A DNA stretch of 64,000 bases from Candidatus Shapirobacteria bacterium (GTDB taxonomy: Bacteria; Patescibacteriota; Microgenomatia; UM-FILTER-40-11): assembly GCA_020059745.1 (NCBI GenBank), contig JAGVBK010000004.1, positions 178,511-242,510 on the forward strand. Direction: 5' to 3'. The position numbers were made by a program, and so were the translations under genes. Numbering within the stretch: the stretch's first letter is position 1; every line of letters begins with the position of its first letter. Shown piece by piece: positions 8,698-17,639 of this stretch. Below the pieces are notes generated by a model. It saw only the letters and a program-made list of their open reading frames with translations, had not been told where the DNA came from and made no database searches.

Positions 8698-10114
8698 TTT
8701 CTAATCTGGGAAACAAAACTGCCTCAGGTTTTATTTCCGGACCTTTGAACTGTTTTAATATTTTTTCAGCTGTTTCCGGTAAAAAGGGCCTGAGATTGCC
8801 GGCAATTTCCCTGATTGTTTCTACTGACTGCAAAAGAAAGTTTTGCAAATCGCTTTTTTCCATTTGCCAGGGCTTTTCTTCGTTAATTCTTTTGTTTTCT
8901 TTTGTTACTTTATGCCAGATTGTTTCCAATGCCTCGTTAAAGCGAAAATCAGCCAATTGTGTGTTTACTTTGCTGTCAAGAGTAATGCTTTTTTGTTCAG
9001 GGAATTTTAACTCTGATTTTTCGCAAAGTCTAGCGATTCGAGAGACTAGGTTGCCAAGGCCGTTTGCCAAGTCAGCGTGATAAACCTCCAAAAATCTTTT
9101 TTGGGAAAAATCACCGTCATTAAAAGGCGGGATTTCTTTTAAAAGGTAGTAACGGACCGGATCAGTGCCATATTTTTTGACAACTTCATAAGGGTCAACC
9201 ACATTGCCGAGTGATTTGCTTATTTTTTGGCCTTCAACTGTGACATAACTGTGGATAAAAATTTCTTTAGGGGTTTCAAGACCAGCACTTTTAAGCATGG
9301 CTGGCCAATAAATTGCGTGGAAACGGGAAATACCCTTGCCGATGACATGCACATCAGCAGGCCAAAACTTTTTAAAAAGCTCTCCGTTTTTCTGCCAGTC
9401 TAAGGCGGTAATATAGTTGGCCAGGGCATCAAACCAGACATAGATAATCTGGTCAGAGTCACCTGGCACAGGAATACCCCAATTGCGAGCTCTTTCCTTG
9501 CTTCTTGAAATACTAAAGTCCTCAAGCCCTGATTTTATAAAAGAAATTACCTCATTTTTTCTTTTATTAGGTGTAATTTTTAGTTTATCCGAGGAGATAA
9601 GTTCAAGAAGCCAATCCTGGTAGCCTGAAAGCCTAAAAAAGTAATTTTCTTCTTCAACCACTTCAGGTTCAATTAAATGTTCCGGGCATTTACCGTCAAC
9701 TAAGTCTTTTTCAGTTAAAAAAGCCTCGCAGCCCATGCAGTATAGGCCTTGGTATTTCTTTTTATAAATATCTTCTTTTTTACACGCTTTCCAGAGAGCT
9801 TGAACCCCTTGAACGTGCCTTTCCTCTGAAGTTTTTATAAAATCATCAAAAGTAAGATTAAGTGCCCCCTTTAGTTCCTTAAACTTGGCTGCATTTTTAT
9901 CAACCAGTTCTTTAACCGGCAGATTAAGAAGGTTAGCCGCTTGAACATTTTTAAGACTGTTTTCATCGGCGCCGGTTAAAAAATAAACTTCTTCGTTAAG
10001 CAGTCGGTGTTGCCGGGCAAGAGTATCTGTTTGCACAATTTCCAAAGCAAACCCAATATGGGGTGAAGCGTTGACAAAGGGGATTGCGCTGGTAATATAA
10101 AACTTCTTGCTCAT
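8687..10114 (-). CDS. metG: methionine--tRNA ligase (core enzyme, no C-terminal tRNA-binding extension)
   Basis: The N-terminus MSKKFYITSAIPFVNASPHIGFA carries the HIGH-type motif, KISKSLGN corresponds to KMSKS, and a CxxC...CPEH zinc knuckle is present. Confidence 0.9.
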   Translation of the reverse strand: MSKKFYITSAIPFVNASPHIGFALEIVQTDTLARQHRLLNEEVYFLTGADENSLKNVQAANLLNLPVKELVDKNAAKFKELKGALNLTFDDFIKTSEERHVQGVQALWKACKKEDIYKKKYQGLYCMGCEAFLTEKDLVDGKCPEHLIEPEVVEEENYFFRLSGYQDWLLELISSDKLKITPNKRKNEVISFIKSGLEDFSISRSKERARNWGIPVPGDSDQIIYVWFDALANYITALDWQKNGELFKKFWPADVHVIGKGISRFHAIYWPAMLKSAGLETPKEIFIHSYVTVEGQKISKSLGNVVDPYEVVKKYGTDPVRYYLLKEIPPFNDGDFSQKRFLEVYHADLANGLGNLVSRIARLCEKSELKFPEQKSITLDSKVNTQLADFRFNEALETIWHKVTKENKRINEEKPWQMEKSDLQNFLLQSVETIREIAGNLRPFLPETAEKILKQFKGPEIKPEAVLFPRLENEK

Positions 10115-10163
10115 GAATGTAATTTTAGCTTAAATAGCCTCTGAAAGCAAAGGATTATGGAGG

Positions 10164-10613
10164 TTACTTCCCAAAGATTTCTTTAATTTTCTTTTCCCAT
10201 TTTTCTGCCCATTGTTCTGTTTCTATTTTTTCAAGCACAATTTGAAATCCCGGATCAGTTTGTATTTGGCTTTGGATTTGGGAAACAGTAGCAGAAGAAA
10301 CCTTGAGCTTTTTTTTAATTTCCGTATAGCTAAGACCTTCTTTAAGGTATTTTGCTACGGCAATTCTTTTGGCAATGGAAAAAAGCTCAGCTTCAGAAAG
10401 CAGGCCCTTAAGAAGCTTTTCTGTTTCATCGACCCTTCTTGTGTCGGCAATAACCTGATATAAAAGCGACAAGGCTTCTTTTTCAACTTTTTGGTTTATT
10501 TTTTGTGAAGAGACTCTCATTTTTTCTTTTTTAATAAAAAATCCGGCTCGGCCGGACAGGATTACTAGTTTGATTAATAAAATCAAAATATCATTTAAAC
10601 TGATTTTTGTCAA
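10164..10613 (-). CDS. TrpR/YerC-YecD-like DNA-binding protein
   Basis: The 149-aa product has a C-terminal HTH, KYLKEGLSYTEIKKKLKVSSATVSQ, resembling the Trp-repressor-like YerC family. Confidence 0.45.
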   Translation of the reverse strand: MTKISLNDILILLIKLVILSGRAGFFIKKEKMRVSSQKINQKVEKEALSLLYQVIADTRRVDETEKLLKGLLSEAELFSIAKRIAVAKYLKEGLSYTEIKKKLKVSSATVSQIQSQIQTDPGFQIVLEKIETEQWAEKWEKKIKEIFGK

Positions 10614-10992
10614 TTACAGTTGTAGATTTTTTATCCTTACTCTTTGAATAAAGAAACAGCTCAACTGCAATAAAAAAAGCAGCGGAAAGAAAAGTGTTTA
10701 TGATTGAGTCTTGTTTTATTATTCTGAAAAAAAACAGGCTATCAATAAAAAGGGCAGCTAAAAACCCTCTTCTGGTACTGCTAAAAAGAAGAGCCAAAGT
10801 AAGAGAAAGAGAAGCAGTGAGTAGAATAAAAAAGATAATTATATTTTTACCGAAGGACAAGTTTATTGAAAAGATTGATAGCTGAGAGATTTGTTCAGGG
10901 CTGGTTTTAAATATAAAAGCAGCAAGAAGCATCCATAAAAAAATGTTCAAGATAAACGTAGGTAAAAAATTTCTCCGGCTTTTCCTTATCAT
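10591..10992 (-). CDS. hypothetical membrane protein (133 aa)
   Basis: Four hydrophobic segments; overlaps the start of the downstream gene. Confidence 0.35.
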   Translation of the reverse strand: MIRKSRRNFLPTFILNIFLWMLLAAFIFKTSPEQISQLSIFSINLSFGKNIIIFFILLTASLSLTLALLFSSTRRGFLAALFIDSLFFFRIIKQDSIINTFLSAAFFIAVELFLYSKSKDKKSTTVIDKNQFK

Positions 10993-11029
10993 AACCTAAT
11001 TTTATACAAAGCCGTGATAAAATAAAACC

Positions 11030-12040
11030 ATGGCCAGGGAGTTTGTCTTAATCAGTGCTGTTTTAGTTTTAGGTTTTTTGGCGATTATTTTTTTTCTTAA
11101 CCGCAAGCTTTCCTCTAAAGCCGACAGCGCTCTTCTTGAATGGCTTAAAACAATGCAGCTTTCTCTCGACAGTTCAAACAAAAATATAAACGAGACACTC
11201 CAAAAAAGCAGTTTTGAGTTAAACAGAAGGCTTGATCTGGCTTCCCAGCTTATGGGCCAAATCCAGAAAGAAGCCGGTAAGTTTTCCGAGCTTTCCCTGT
11301 CCATGAAAAACTTGCAGGATTACTTAAGAAGCCCGAAACTAAGGGGAAACATTGGAGAACAGGTTCTAAAGGATTTAATCTCACAGATGTTTCCCAAAAA
11401 CTCTTTTTTTCTTCAGTATGCTTTTAAATCCGGCAACAGGGTTGATGCGGCTATTAAAACAGATGCCGGTATCTTGCCGATTGACTCTAAGTTTCCAGCA
11501 GAAAACTTCCAAAGAATGATGATTGCAGAAAGCGAAGCAGAAAAAGAAAGCTCAAAAAAGGACTTTGTCCGTGACATTAAAAAGCACATTGCTGATATTT
11601 CCCAAAAATATATCCTTCCTGAGGAGGGGACCATGGACTTTGCTTTAATGTACATTCCCTCAGAGCCGGTTTACTATGAGGTGATAAATGACTCTGGGCT
11701 TATGGACTTTGCTCGGAAAGAAAGAGTTTATCCTGTTTCCCCCAATACTTTGTATGCCCATCTACAAGTACTTCTTTTGTCTTTTGAAGGCAAGGAGATT
11801 GAGAAAAAATCAAGAAAACTTTTTTCTTTAATAAGGGGAATTCAAAAAGATTACTCAAAATTAAGCGAAAACCTTTCTGTTTTAAACAAGCACATAACCA
11901 ATTCATATAATCAAATGGCCAATGTCAACAATGAGTTTATGCAAATAGGGCAAAAACTAACTTTTACCCAGGCACTTGAAGAAGAAGAAAAAATCGAAAA
12001 AATTGAGATATTTTCCAGAAGTGCTGAGGAATCTTCTTAA
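11030..12040 (+). CDS. rmuC: DNA recombination protein RmuC
   Basis: An N-terminal TM segment, a coiled coil, and the RmuC core LRSPKLRGNIGEQVLKDL...NRVDAAIKTDAGILPIDSKFP. Confidence 0.75.
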   Translation: MAREFVLISAVLVLGFLAIIFFLNRKLSSKADSALLEWLKTMQLSLDSSNKNINETLQKSSFELNRRLDLASQLMGQIQKEAGKFSELSLSMKNLQDYLRSPKLRGNIGEQVLKDLISQMFPKNSFFLQYAFKSGNRVDAAIKTDAGILPIDSKFPAENFQRMMIAESEAEKESSKKDFVRDIKKHIADISQKYILPEEGTMDFALMYIPSEPVYYEVINDSGLMDFARKERVYPVSPNTLYAHLQVLLLSFEGKEIEKKSRKLFSLIRGIQKDYSKLSENLSVLNKHITNSYNQMANVNNEFMQIGQKLTFTQALEEEEKIEKIEIFSRSAEESS

Positions 12041-12399
12041 GGAGCTTGGCTATTAATTAATCTTCTTGTTCTGTTTTTAAAGATTTTACCGTCTTTTTTA
12101 AAATAATTTTCATCAATTATTCCTGCAATTTCTCTTCCGTACCTTTTGGTAAATTCTCCCAAGGACTTACTAAGTATTTCAGCCTTTGGTTCAGAAATCA
12201 TGCCGTTTATCAAAACAACTTTTCTTACAACTTCCGGTCTTAGACCAGTACTTTCTGACAGTTCAGTGATTCTTCCTTCTGTTATTGTTGCTTCGTTTAT
12301 TTGTCTTTGCAGCCTTGCCGAGGTAGGTGGGGAATCAGTAGCTGGGCCAAGTCCGTGTGCTATCCTTAATCTTTCCAGAGAAAATTCAGTTTCTCTCAT
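12037..12399 (-). CDS. hypothetical protein with a putative helix-turn-helix
   Basis: The 120-aa product has an HTH-like segment, RITELSESTGLRPEVVRKV. Its family is not recognised. Confidence 0.35.
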   Translation of the reverse strand: MRETEFSLERLRIAHGLGPATDSPPTSARLQRQINEATITEGRITELSESTGLRPEVVRKVVLINGMISEPKAEILSKSLGEFTKRYGREIAGIIDENYFKKDGKIFKNRTRRLINSQAP

Positions 12400-12468
12400 T
12401 AAAAAGATTTTATAAGCAAAAAACTTAAGTATCTGTAACTATTTTCACTAATTTTCACTTAGTGTTTT

Positions 12469-15400
12469 ATGGCAGTTATCTTTTTTAAATATTTAAAGCT
12501 TCAATGCTATAATTACCTCGTGTCTGATTCTTCTGAAAAGAAATTAAATCCAGAGCAAAAAAAAGCAATTGAACACGGAAACGGCCCGCTTTTAATTATT
12601 GCCGGAGCAGGAACAGGAAAAACCACGGTTATCACCGAAAGAGTCAGGTTTTTAATTTCTGAAAAAAAAGTTTCGCCCTCAGAAATTTTAGCTCTTACTT
12701 TTACGGAAAAAGCAGCCAGGGAAATGGAAGAGAGGATAGATGAAAAGTTGCCTTTAGGTTATGCTGACATGTGGATTTCCACTTTTCATGCTTTCTGTGA
12801 CCGGATTCTTCGCAATGAGGCCATAAATATTGGCCTTGATCCTAAATACAAGGTTATGACTCAGGCAGAAAACATCCAATTTTTAAGAAAAAACCTTTTT
12901 AAATTTGAACTTGATTATTTCAGACCCTTAGGAAACCCGAATAAATTTTTGGAAGGTTTGCTTGTGCATTTTTCACGCCTTAAAGACGAGACAGTTTCTA
13001 AAGAAGAATATTTGAAATATTTTGAGAAAATTTCTGCTGACATAAATAATAAAAAGAAATTAAAAAGCGAAGAAAGAGAAATGCTTGAAGAAGAAATAAA
13101 AAAAACCGAAGAATTGGCAAAAGCTTACCGGAAATATGAAGAGCTTAAGATAAAAGAAGGGCTTTTTGATTTCAGCGACCTTATTGATAAGGTTTTGACA
13201 ATCTTTAAAGAAAGACCGGGGATTGTTGGCAGATACCGTCAAAAATTTAAATATATTTTAATTGATGAGTTTCAGGATACAAACTTTGCCCAGTACACCT
13301 TAATAAAAATGCTTGCTCCGCCGCCTTTGGCTAATTTGACTGTCGTTGGTGACGATAACCAGTCAATCTACAAGTTTAGGGGAGCTGCAATTTCCAATAT
13401 CTTGCAGTTTAACAAAGATTATCCTCAGTCAAAAAACATTATTTTAAATAAAAACTATCGTTCTTCTCAGACAATTTTGGATTCAGCCTACAAGCTAATT
13501 AAAGAAAATGATCCCGATACTCTTGAGGCAAAATTGGGAATTAGTAAAAAGCTTGAAAAAATGCGTGAGGTGAGTGAAGAGCCGGTTGAATTTCTTTTTG
13601 CGGATCGGGTTGAAGACGAAGCAGGGTTGGTGGCGGAAAAGGTAAAAAGCTTAATTGACCGCTATTCTTATAAAGACTTTGCGGTTTTAGTAAGAGCAAA
13701 CAGCCATGCCGAGCCCTTTTTAAGGGCTTTTGAAAGAGCGGGTATTCCTTGCCAATTTTTAGGCCCGGCCATGCTTTTCCGCCAGCCAGAAGTGAAAGAT
13801 CTAATTTCATATTTAAAAGTGCTTAATGATTACGAAGACTCTGTTTCAATGTATAGACTGCTTTCTATGGATTACTTTAACATTCACGGTCGGGATTTAG
13901 CTTTTTTGCTTAATTTAAGCCGCAAAAGAAAAATTTCTCTTTTTGAAGTCTGCGAAGAAGCAGCCGTATCTGAGGAAGCTGCAATCAGCATGGAGGCAAA
14001 AGAGAAAATAAAAAAAATTGTTAAAACAATTCATTCTCACCTTGATTTAGCCAAAACTGAAAATGCTGGCAAGATTCTTTACTGGTTTTTAGATGAAAGC
14101 GGGTATCTAAGAAGGCTTTCTAATTACCAAGCCTCTGATGATGAAAGAAGGGTTCAAAATATTAAAAAGTTTTTTGATAAAATAACGACTTTTGAGGCTG
14201 AACACGAAGATGCTTCTGTTTTTTCTTTAGTTGAACACATTAACCTTTGCCTTGAGCTGGGAGAGTCTCCTTTAGCCAATGATACAGACTGGCAGGAAAA
14301 CGACGCCGTTAACCTGCTTACGGTCCATTCAGCGAAAGGGCTTGAGTTTCCGGTTGTTTTTTTAGTAAACCTGGTTACCCAGCGCTTTCCCACCACCGAA
14401 AGACGCGAGCAAATCCCAATTCCTGATGCTTTGATAAAAGAAATCTTGCCACAAGGTGATTTTCATCTTCAAGAAGAAAGAAGACTTTTTTATGTAGGCA
14501 TGACTAGAGCCAAAGATAGGCTTTTTTTGACTGCTGCCAAGTATTATGGCGAGGGAAAGCGGGAAAAAAAGATTTCCCCTTTTATTTATGAAGCGCTTGG
14601 CAAAGAGTTTTTTAATAATTCTTCTTCAAAGAAAAAAAGCCAACTTTCACTTTTTGGAATAACCGTGGCAAAAAATGAGCCTAGAAAAGAAAAAACACCT
14701 CTGTTTTTTAACTCTCTTTCCTACTCTCAGCTTGATACTTTTAGCACCTGTGGCCTTAAGTATAAATATAGCTACATTCTTAACCTTCCTGCCCCACCCT
14801 CGGCATCTCTTTCTTTTGGTAGCGCTATTCACGAAACTCTTTGTGACTTTTACCAAAAAGCAATGGTCGGACAAAAGCCGGGCAAGGAAACACTTTTGAA
14901 AACCTTGGCGGAAAACTGGAGACCTTTAGGTTTTTCTTCAAAAGAACACGAAGAAAAGTTTAAAAAAGAAGGAGAAAAGATTTTAACTGAGTATTTTGAA
15001 AAAAGTTATGACCCCAAAAATTTGCCGGTGGCTTTAGAAGTGCCTTTTATGGTTAGAATAAGCCCGTCTTTAAAGATAAAGGGTAAGATTGACAGAATTG
15101 ATCGCGTAGAACGCGACAAGTCCGTAGAACGCGACAAGTCCGAGTATGAAATAGAAATTATTGACTACAAAACCGGTAAGTCTGCTACTCAAAAAGAAGT
15201 TGAAAAAGATCTTCAACTTTCGCTTTATGCCCTGGCAGTTTCTGAGGGCAATCTTAGACACTTGGGAATTAAAGATAAAGCGGAGGTTAAGGTTTCTTTT
15301 TATTTCTTAAACACTCAGGAAAAGGTTTCAACTATTAAGAAACCAGAGGATCTTAATATGGCGCGACAGGAAGTTTTGAAAAAAGTTGAAGAAATGGTTA

Positions 15401-15477
15401 ATTCCGATTTTCCTCCAAAACCCGGCAAACACTGTGACTTTTGTGAGTTTAGGATGTTATGCGAAGCTTGGTCTTAA
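12469..15477 (+). CDS. UvrD/PcrA-type SF1 helicase fused to a C-terminal PD-(D/E)XK Cas4/AddB-like Fe-S nuclease domain (single-chain AddAB-like helicase-nuclease)
   Basis: The N-terminus GPLLIIAGAGTGKTT is followed by UvrD motifs (DEFQDT, VGDDNQSIY, VHSAKGLEFPVVF, YVGMTRAK). The C-terminus has the RecB-nuclease motifs GKIDRIDR, IIDYKTGK and QLSLYALA, plus four Cys (TCGLKY...HCDFCEFRMLC) typical of Cas4/AddB iron-sulfur nucleases. Confidence 0.8.
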   Translation: MAVIFFKYLKLQCYNYLVSDSSEKKLNPEQKKAIEHGNGPLLIIAGAGTGKTTVITERVRFLISEKKVSPSEILALTFTEKAAREMEERIDEKLPLGYADMWISTFHAFCDRILRNEAINIGLDPKYKVMTQAENIQFLRKNLFKFELDYFRPLGNPNKFLEGLLVHFSRLKDETVSKEEYLKYFEKISADINNKKKLKSEEREMLEEEIKKTEELAKAYRKYEELKIKEGLFDFSDLIDKVLTIFKERPGIVGRYRQKFKYILIDEFQDTNFAQYTLIKMLAPPPLANLTVVGDDNQSIYKFRGAAISNILQFNKDYPQSKNIILNKNYRSSQTILDSAYKLIKENDPDTLEAKLGISKKLEKMREVSEEPVEFLFADRVEDEAGLVAEKVKSLIDRYSYKDFAVLVRANSHAEPFLRAFERAGIPCQFLGPAMLFRQPEVKDLISYLKVLNDYEDSVSMYRLLSMDYFNIHGRDLAFLLNLSRKRKISLFEVCEEAAVSEEAAISMEAKEKIKKIVKTIHSHLDLAKTENAGKILYWFLDESGYLRRLSNYQASDDERRVQNIKKFFDKITTFEAEHEDASVFSLVEHINLCLELGESPLANDTDWQENDAVNLLTVHSAKGLEFPVVFLVNLVTQRFPTTERREQIPIPDALIKEILPQGDFHLQEERRLFYVGMTRAKDRLFLTAAKYYGEGKREKKISPFIYEALGKEFFNNSSSKKKSQLSLFGITVAKNEPRKEKTPLFFNSLSYSQLDTFSTCGLKYKYSYILNLPAPPSASLSFGSAIHETLCDFYQKAMVGQKPGKETLLKTLAENWRPLGFSSKEHEEKFKKEGEKILTEYFEKSYDPKNLPVALEVPFMVRISPSLKIKGKIDRIDRVERDKSVERDKSEYEIEIIDYKTGKSATQKEVEKDLQLSLYALAVSEGNLRHLGIKDKAEVKVSFYFLNTQEKVSTIKKPEDLNMARQEVLKKVEEMVNSDFPPKPGKHCDFCEFRMLCEAWS
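15106..15141 (+). repeat. perfect 18-bp tandem duplication (2 copies) inside the nuclease domain of the helicase-nuclease gene
   Basis: gtagaacgcgacaagtcc occurs at 15106-15123 and again at 15124-15141. It is in frame and gives VERDKS-VERDKS between nuclease motifs II and III. Confidence 0.9.
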
Positions 15478-16285
15478 CATAGGGAGCAGGAAAAATAACT
15501 TCTTCTCCTCTAAATCCCCTTTTAAAGCGGGTAAAGCCTTGCCAGGAACGGTTTTGGGGAAATCTTTCGTCATAAATCCCCTCAAAGTCAAAAAACAGAC
15601 AACCTTCTTTTTTGGCCAGTTTTATTGCTTCCCAAACAACTAAAGTCGGTGCCAAAAGTTTTTTACCTTTATCAGTTGCGGCAGCTTGCCAATAATAAGC
15701 TGTTTTTTCACAGAAAAGGATAATGGCTCCGGCCAGAGGTTCGGGGGAATCTTTTTTGTAGGTAATAACTGCTTTTGCCTTATCCCTGAAAGCCTCAAAA
15801 AGCAGCTTTGTTTCTTTATTAATACCTAAGGGTAAAATAAATTTTTTTAGTAGATACTCTCTTTTTAGTGTTAAAAAATCTTTTAAGGTTCCTTCTTTTA
15901 CCAGCAAGCCATTTTTCTGGGCATAAAGCACATCTCTTTTTTTGTTTTTGGAAAAAGAGGAAAGAATTTCTTTTTCTTCTTTTTTAACATCTTTTATTAT
16001 TGTTTTAGTAGGGATAAAAGGAGAAGATAGTGGCTTGTATTTGTATTTTTTTAAGTCTTCAGGGTCGATCTTAAAAGCCGGTTCTAAAATTATTTGAAAT
16101 GCCCTGAATTTTTTTGCGACTTTTTCAATTTCTTCAAAAGGGACTTTTTCTGTTCTTTGGATTTTAACAATTGATCCTAAAACCGGGATTTTTTTTATAA
16201 AAATATTAATACCATTTATTTTTTTTACTTCCCAGCCTAGGCTTTTAGTAAAAAAGGCGTATTCTTCTGATTGTCTAATATCCAT
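15449..16285 (-). CDS. FemAB-family peptidoglycan interpeptide-bridge aminoacyltransferase (paralog 1)
   Basis: The C-terminus LLAPTLVVWEAIKLAKKEGCLFFDFEGIYDERFPQNRSWQGFTRFKRGF matches the FemABX fold. The likely start is the Met at 16285 (MDIRQSEEY), since the ORF-track extension to 16333 runs into low-complexity intergenic sequence. It overlaps the 3' end of the convergent helicase-nuclease gene. Confidence 0.65.
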   Translation of the reverse strand: MDIRQSEEYAFFTKSLGWEVKKINGINIFIKKIPVLGSIVKIQRTEKVPFEEIEKVAKKFRAFQIILEPAFKIDPEDLKKYKYKPLSSPFIPTKTIIKDVKKEEKEILSSFSKNKKRDVLYAQKNGLLVKEGTLKDFLTLKREYLLKKFILPLGINKETKLLFEAFRDKAKAVITYKKDSPEPLAGAIILFCEKTAYYWQAAATDKGKKLLAPTLVVWEAIKLAKKEGCLFFDFEGIYDERFPQNRSWQGFTRFKRGFRGEEVIFPAPYVKTKLRITS

Positions 16286-16410
16286 ATTTATTAAATTCCA
16301 AATTCCAAGCTCCAAGTTCCAAAAAATTACCAATATTCAAATCCTAAATACTTGTTACATATTATTTGCTCCTTGGTTATTGGAATTTTTTGTTTCTTGT
16401 TTTTTGATTA

Positions 16411-17439
16411 TTAGGATTTAGAGTTTTGAGTTTTGAATTTTGACTTTAGGCGCAGGACTTTCCAACGGAGGATATCGCCAAGATTATAAATTTTATAAAG
16501 TAAGGGATTTATGACAAGGTCGTAAGTTCCCAAAAACTCGACAAGCTCTGGAGAAAAGCCTTCTTTAAAGCGGTGGAAGCCATAGTAAGGATGCGAGGGA
16601 GAAGGATTTGGTTCAATGTCGCCCCAAAGGTCAAAGCTTTTGCAGTCTAGTTTTTTTCCAAACCGCATTGATTCCCACATAAGAAGGGTCGGTGCCATAA
16701 GCTCTCTTTGTTCCCGGGTTGAAGCGCCGTAGGGATAATATAAAACCCTATTAAAGCAAAAAAGAAGAAAAGCGGCCAAGGTCTTTTCTTTGTGTTTGGC
16801 CAGCAAGAGATGAGAAATGCCGGCCTTACTTAAGATTTCCCACTGTTTTTGATGATATTTTCTGTCATGAGCGTAAAAACCCTGGCGACTAGTTGTCTCA
16901 AAAAGAAGGTCAAGATAATCTTTAAAAGCTTCTTTTGAATTATTCTCCACTACTTTTACCCCGTGTTTTTGGGCAAGCTTAATGTTGTAGCGGGTTTTAG
17001 GCTTAAAACTAGCTAAAAGTTCTTCTTCGCTTTTCTCAAGATTAATAATTGAGGTGAATTTTGTAAAAAGAGGCTTTCCCTTTTTTAGCCCCATTTTAAA
17101 AAGCGCTTCCTTCTCTCTTGGATCATTTTTTCGGTTTGGCTCAATTTTTACAAAAACAGCCTTGTTTTTTTCCCCGATTTTTCTTAGATAAACTATTACC
17201 GCCTTGTTTAGAAGATCACTTTTAGGAAGGTAGCCGATAGTTAACGGGAGTTTAGGAATTTTATGGAAAGTGACCTGGTACACACTCGTGAGTTTTCCTT
17301 TTTCTTCTTCTCCAAGCCTGACTACCCGGTGCCCTTGTTTTTCTCTGAATTCTCCCCATTCCCAAGATTGAAGCGGGTGAACAGCCAGACGGTTAAAGTC
17401 GTTTTTGTCTTTTTCTGTAATTTCAATTACTTTGGCCAT
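16411..17439 (-). CDS. FemAB-family peptidoglycan interpeptide-bridge aminoacyltransferase (paralog 2)
   Basis: The 342-aa product has LMAPTLLMWESMRFGKKLDCKSFDLWGDIEPN...HPYYGFHRFKEGF and is paralogous to the downstream gene. Confidence 0.7.
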   Translation of the reverse strand: MAKVIEITEKDKNDFNRLAVHPLQSWEWGEFREKQGHRVVRLGEEEKGKLTSVYQVTFHKIPKLPLTIGYLPKSDLLNKAVIVYLRKIGEKNKAVFVKIEPNRKNDPREKEALFKMGLKKGKPLFTKFTSIINLEKSEEELLASFKPKTRYNIKLAQKHGVKVVENNSKEAFKDYLDLLFETTSRQGFYAHDRKYHQKQWEILSKAGISHLLLAKHKEKTLAAFLLFCFNRVLYYPYGASTREQRELMAPTLLMWESMRFGKKLDCKSFDLWGDIEPNPSPSHPYYGFHRFKEGFSPELVEFLGTYDLVINPLLYKIYNLGDILRWKVLRLKSKFKTQNSKS

Positions 17440-17639
17440 AAACTGTTAGTTAAATCTTCTTTATTCTTGTGCTATTATATAAAAAGATGGCCAGGAAAGC
17501 TAAAAGGCACACAAGGGGGGTATTTCCCGTTATTAATCCCACCAATTTCTACTTCAAACCGGAAATATCTCCCTTTTTCCGTGTCCTACTTTTATTTGAA
17601 TTTATAATCTGCAGTTTTTGCGTTCTGGGAGCATTTTTC

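Noticed and set aside
16286-16333. N-terminal extension MVIFWNLELGIWNLIN of the FemAB paralog (ORF-track start 16333)
   Set aside because: The extension is encoded by repetitive ccaa/ttgg-rich intergenic-like sequence. The FemAB homology starts at the Met at 16285.
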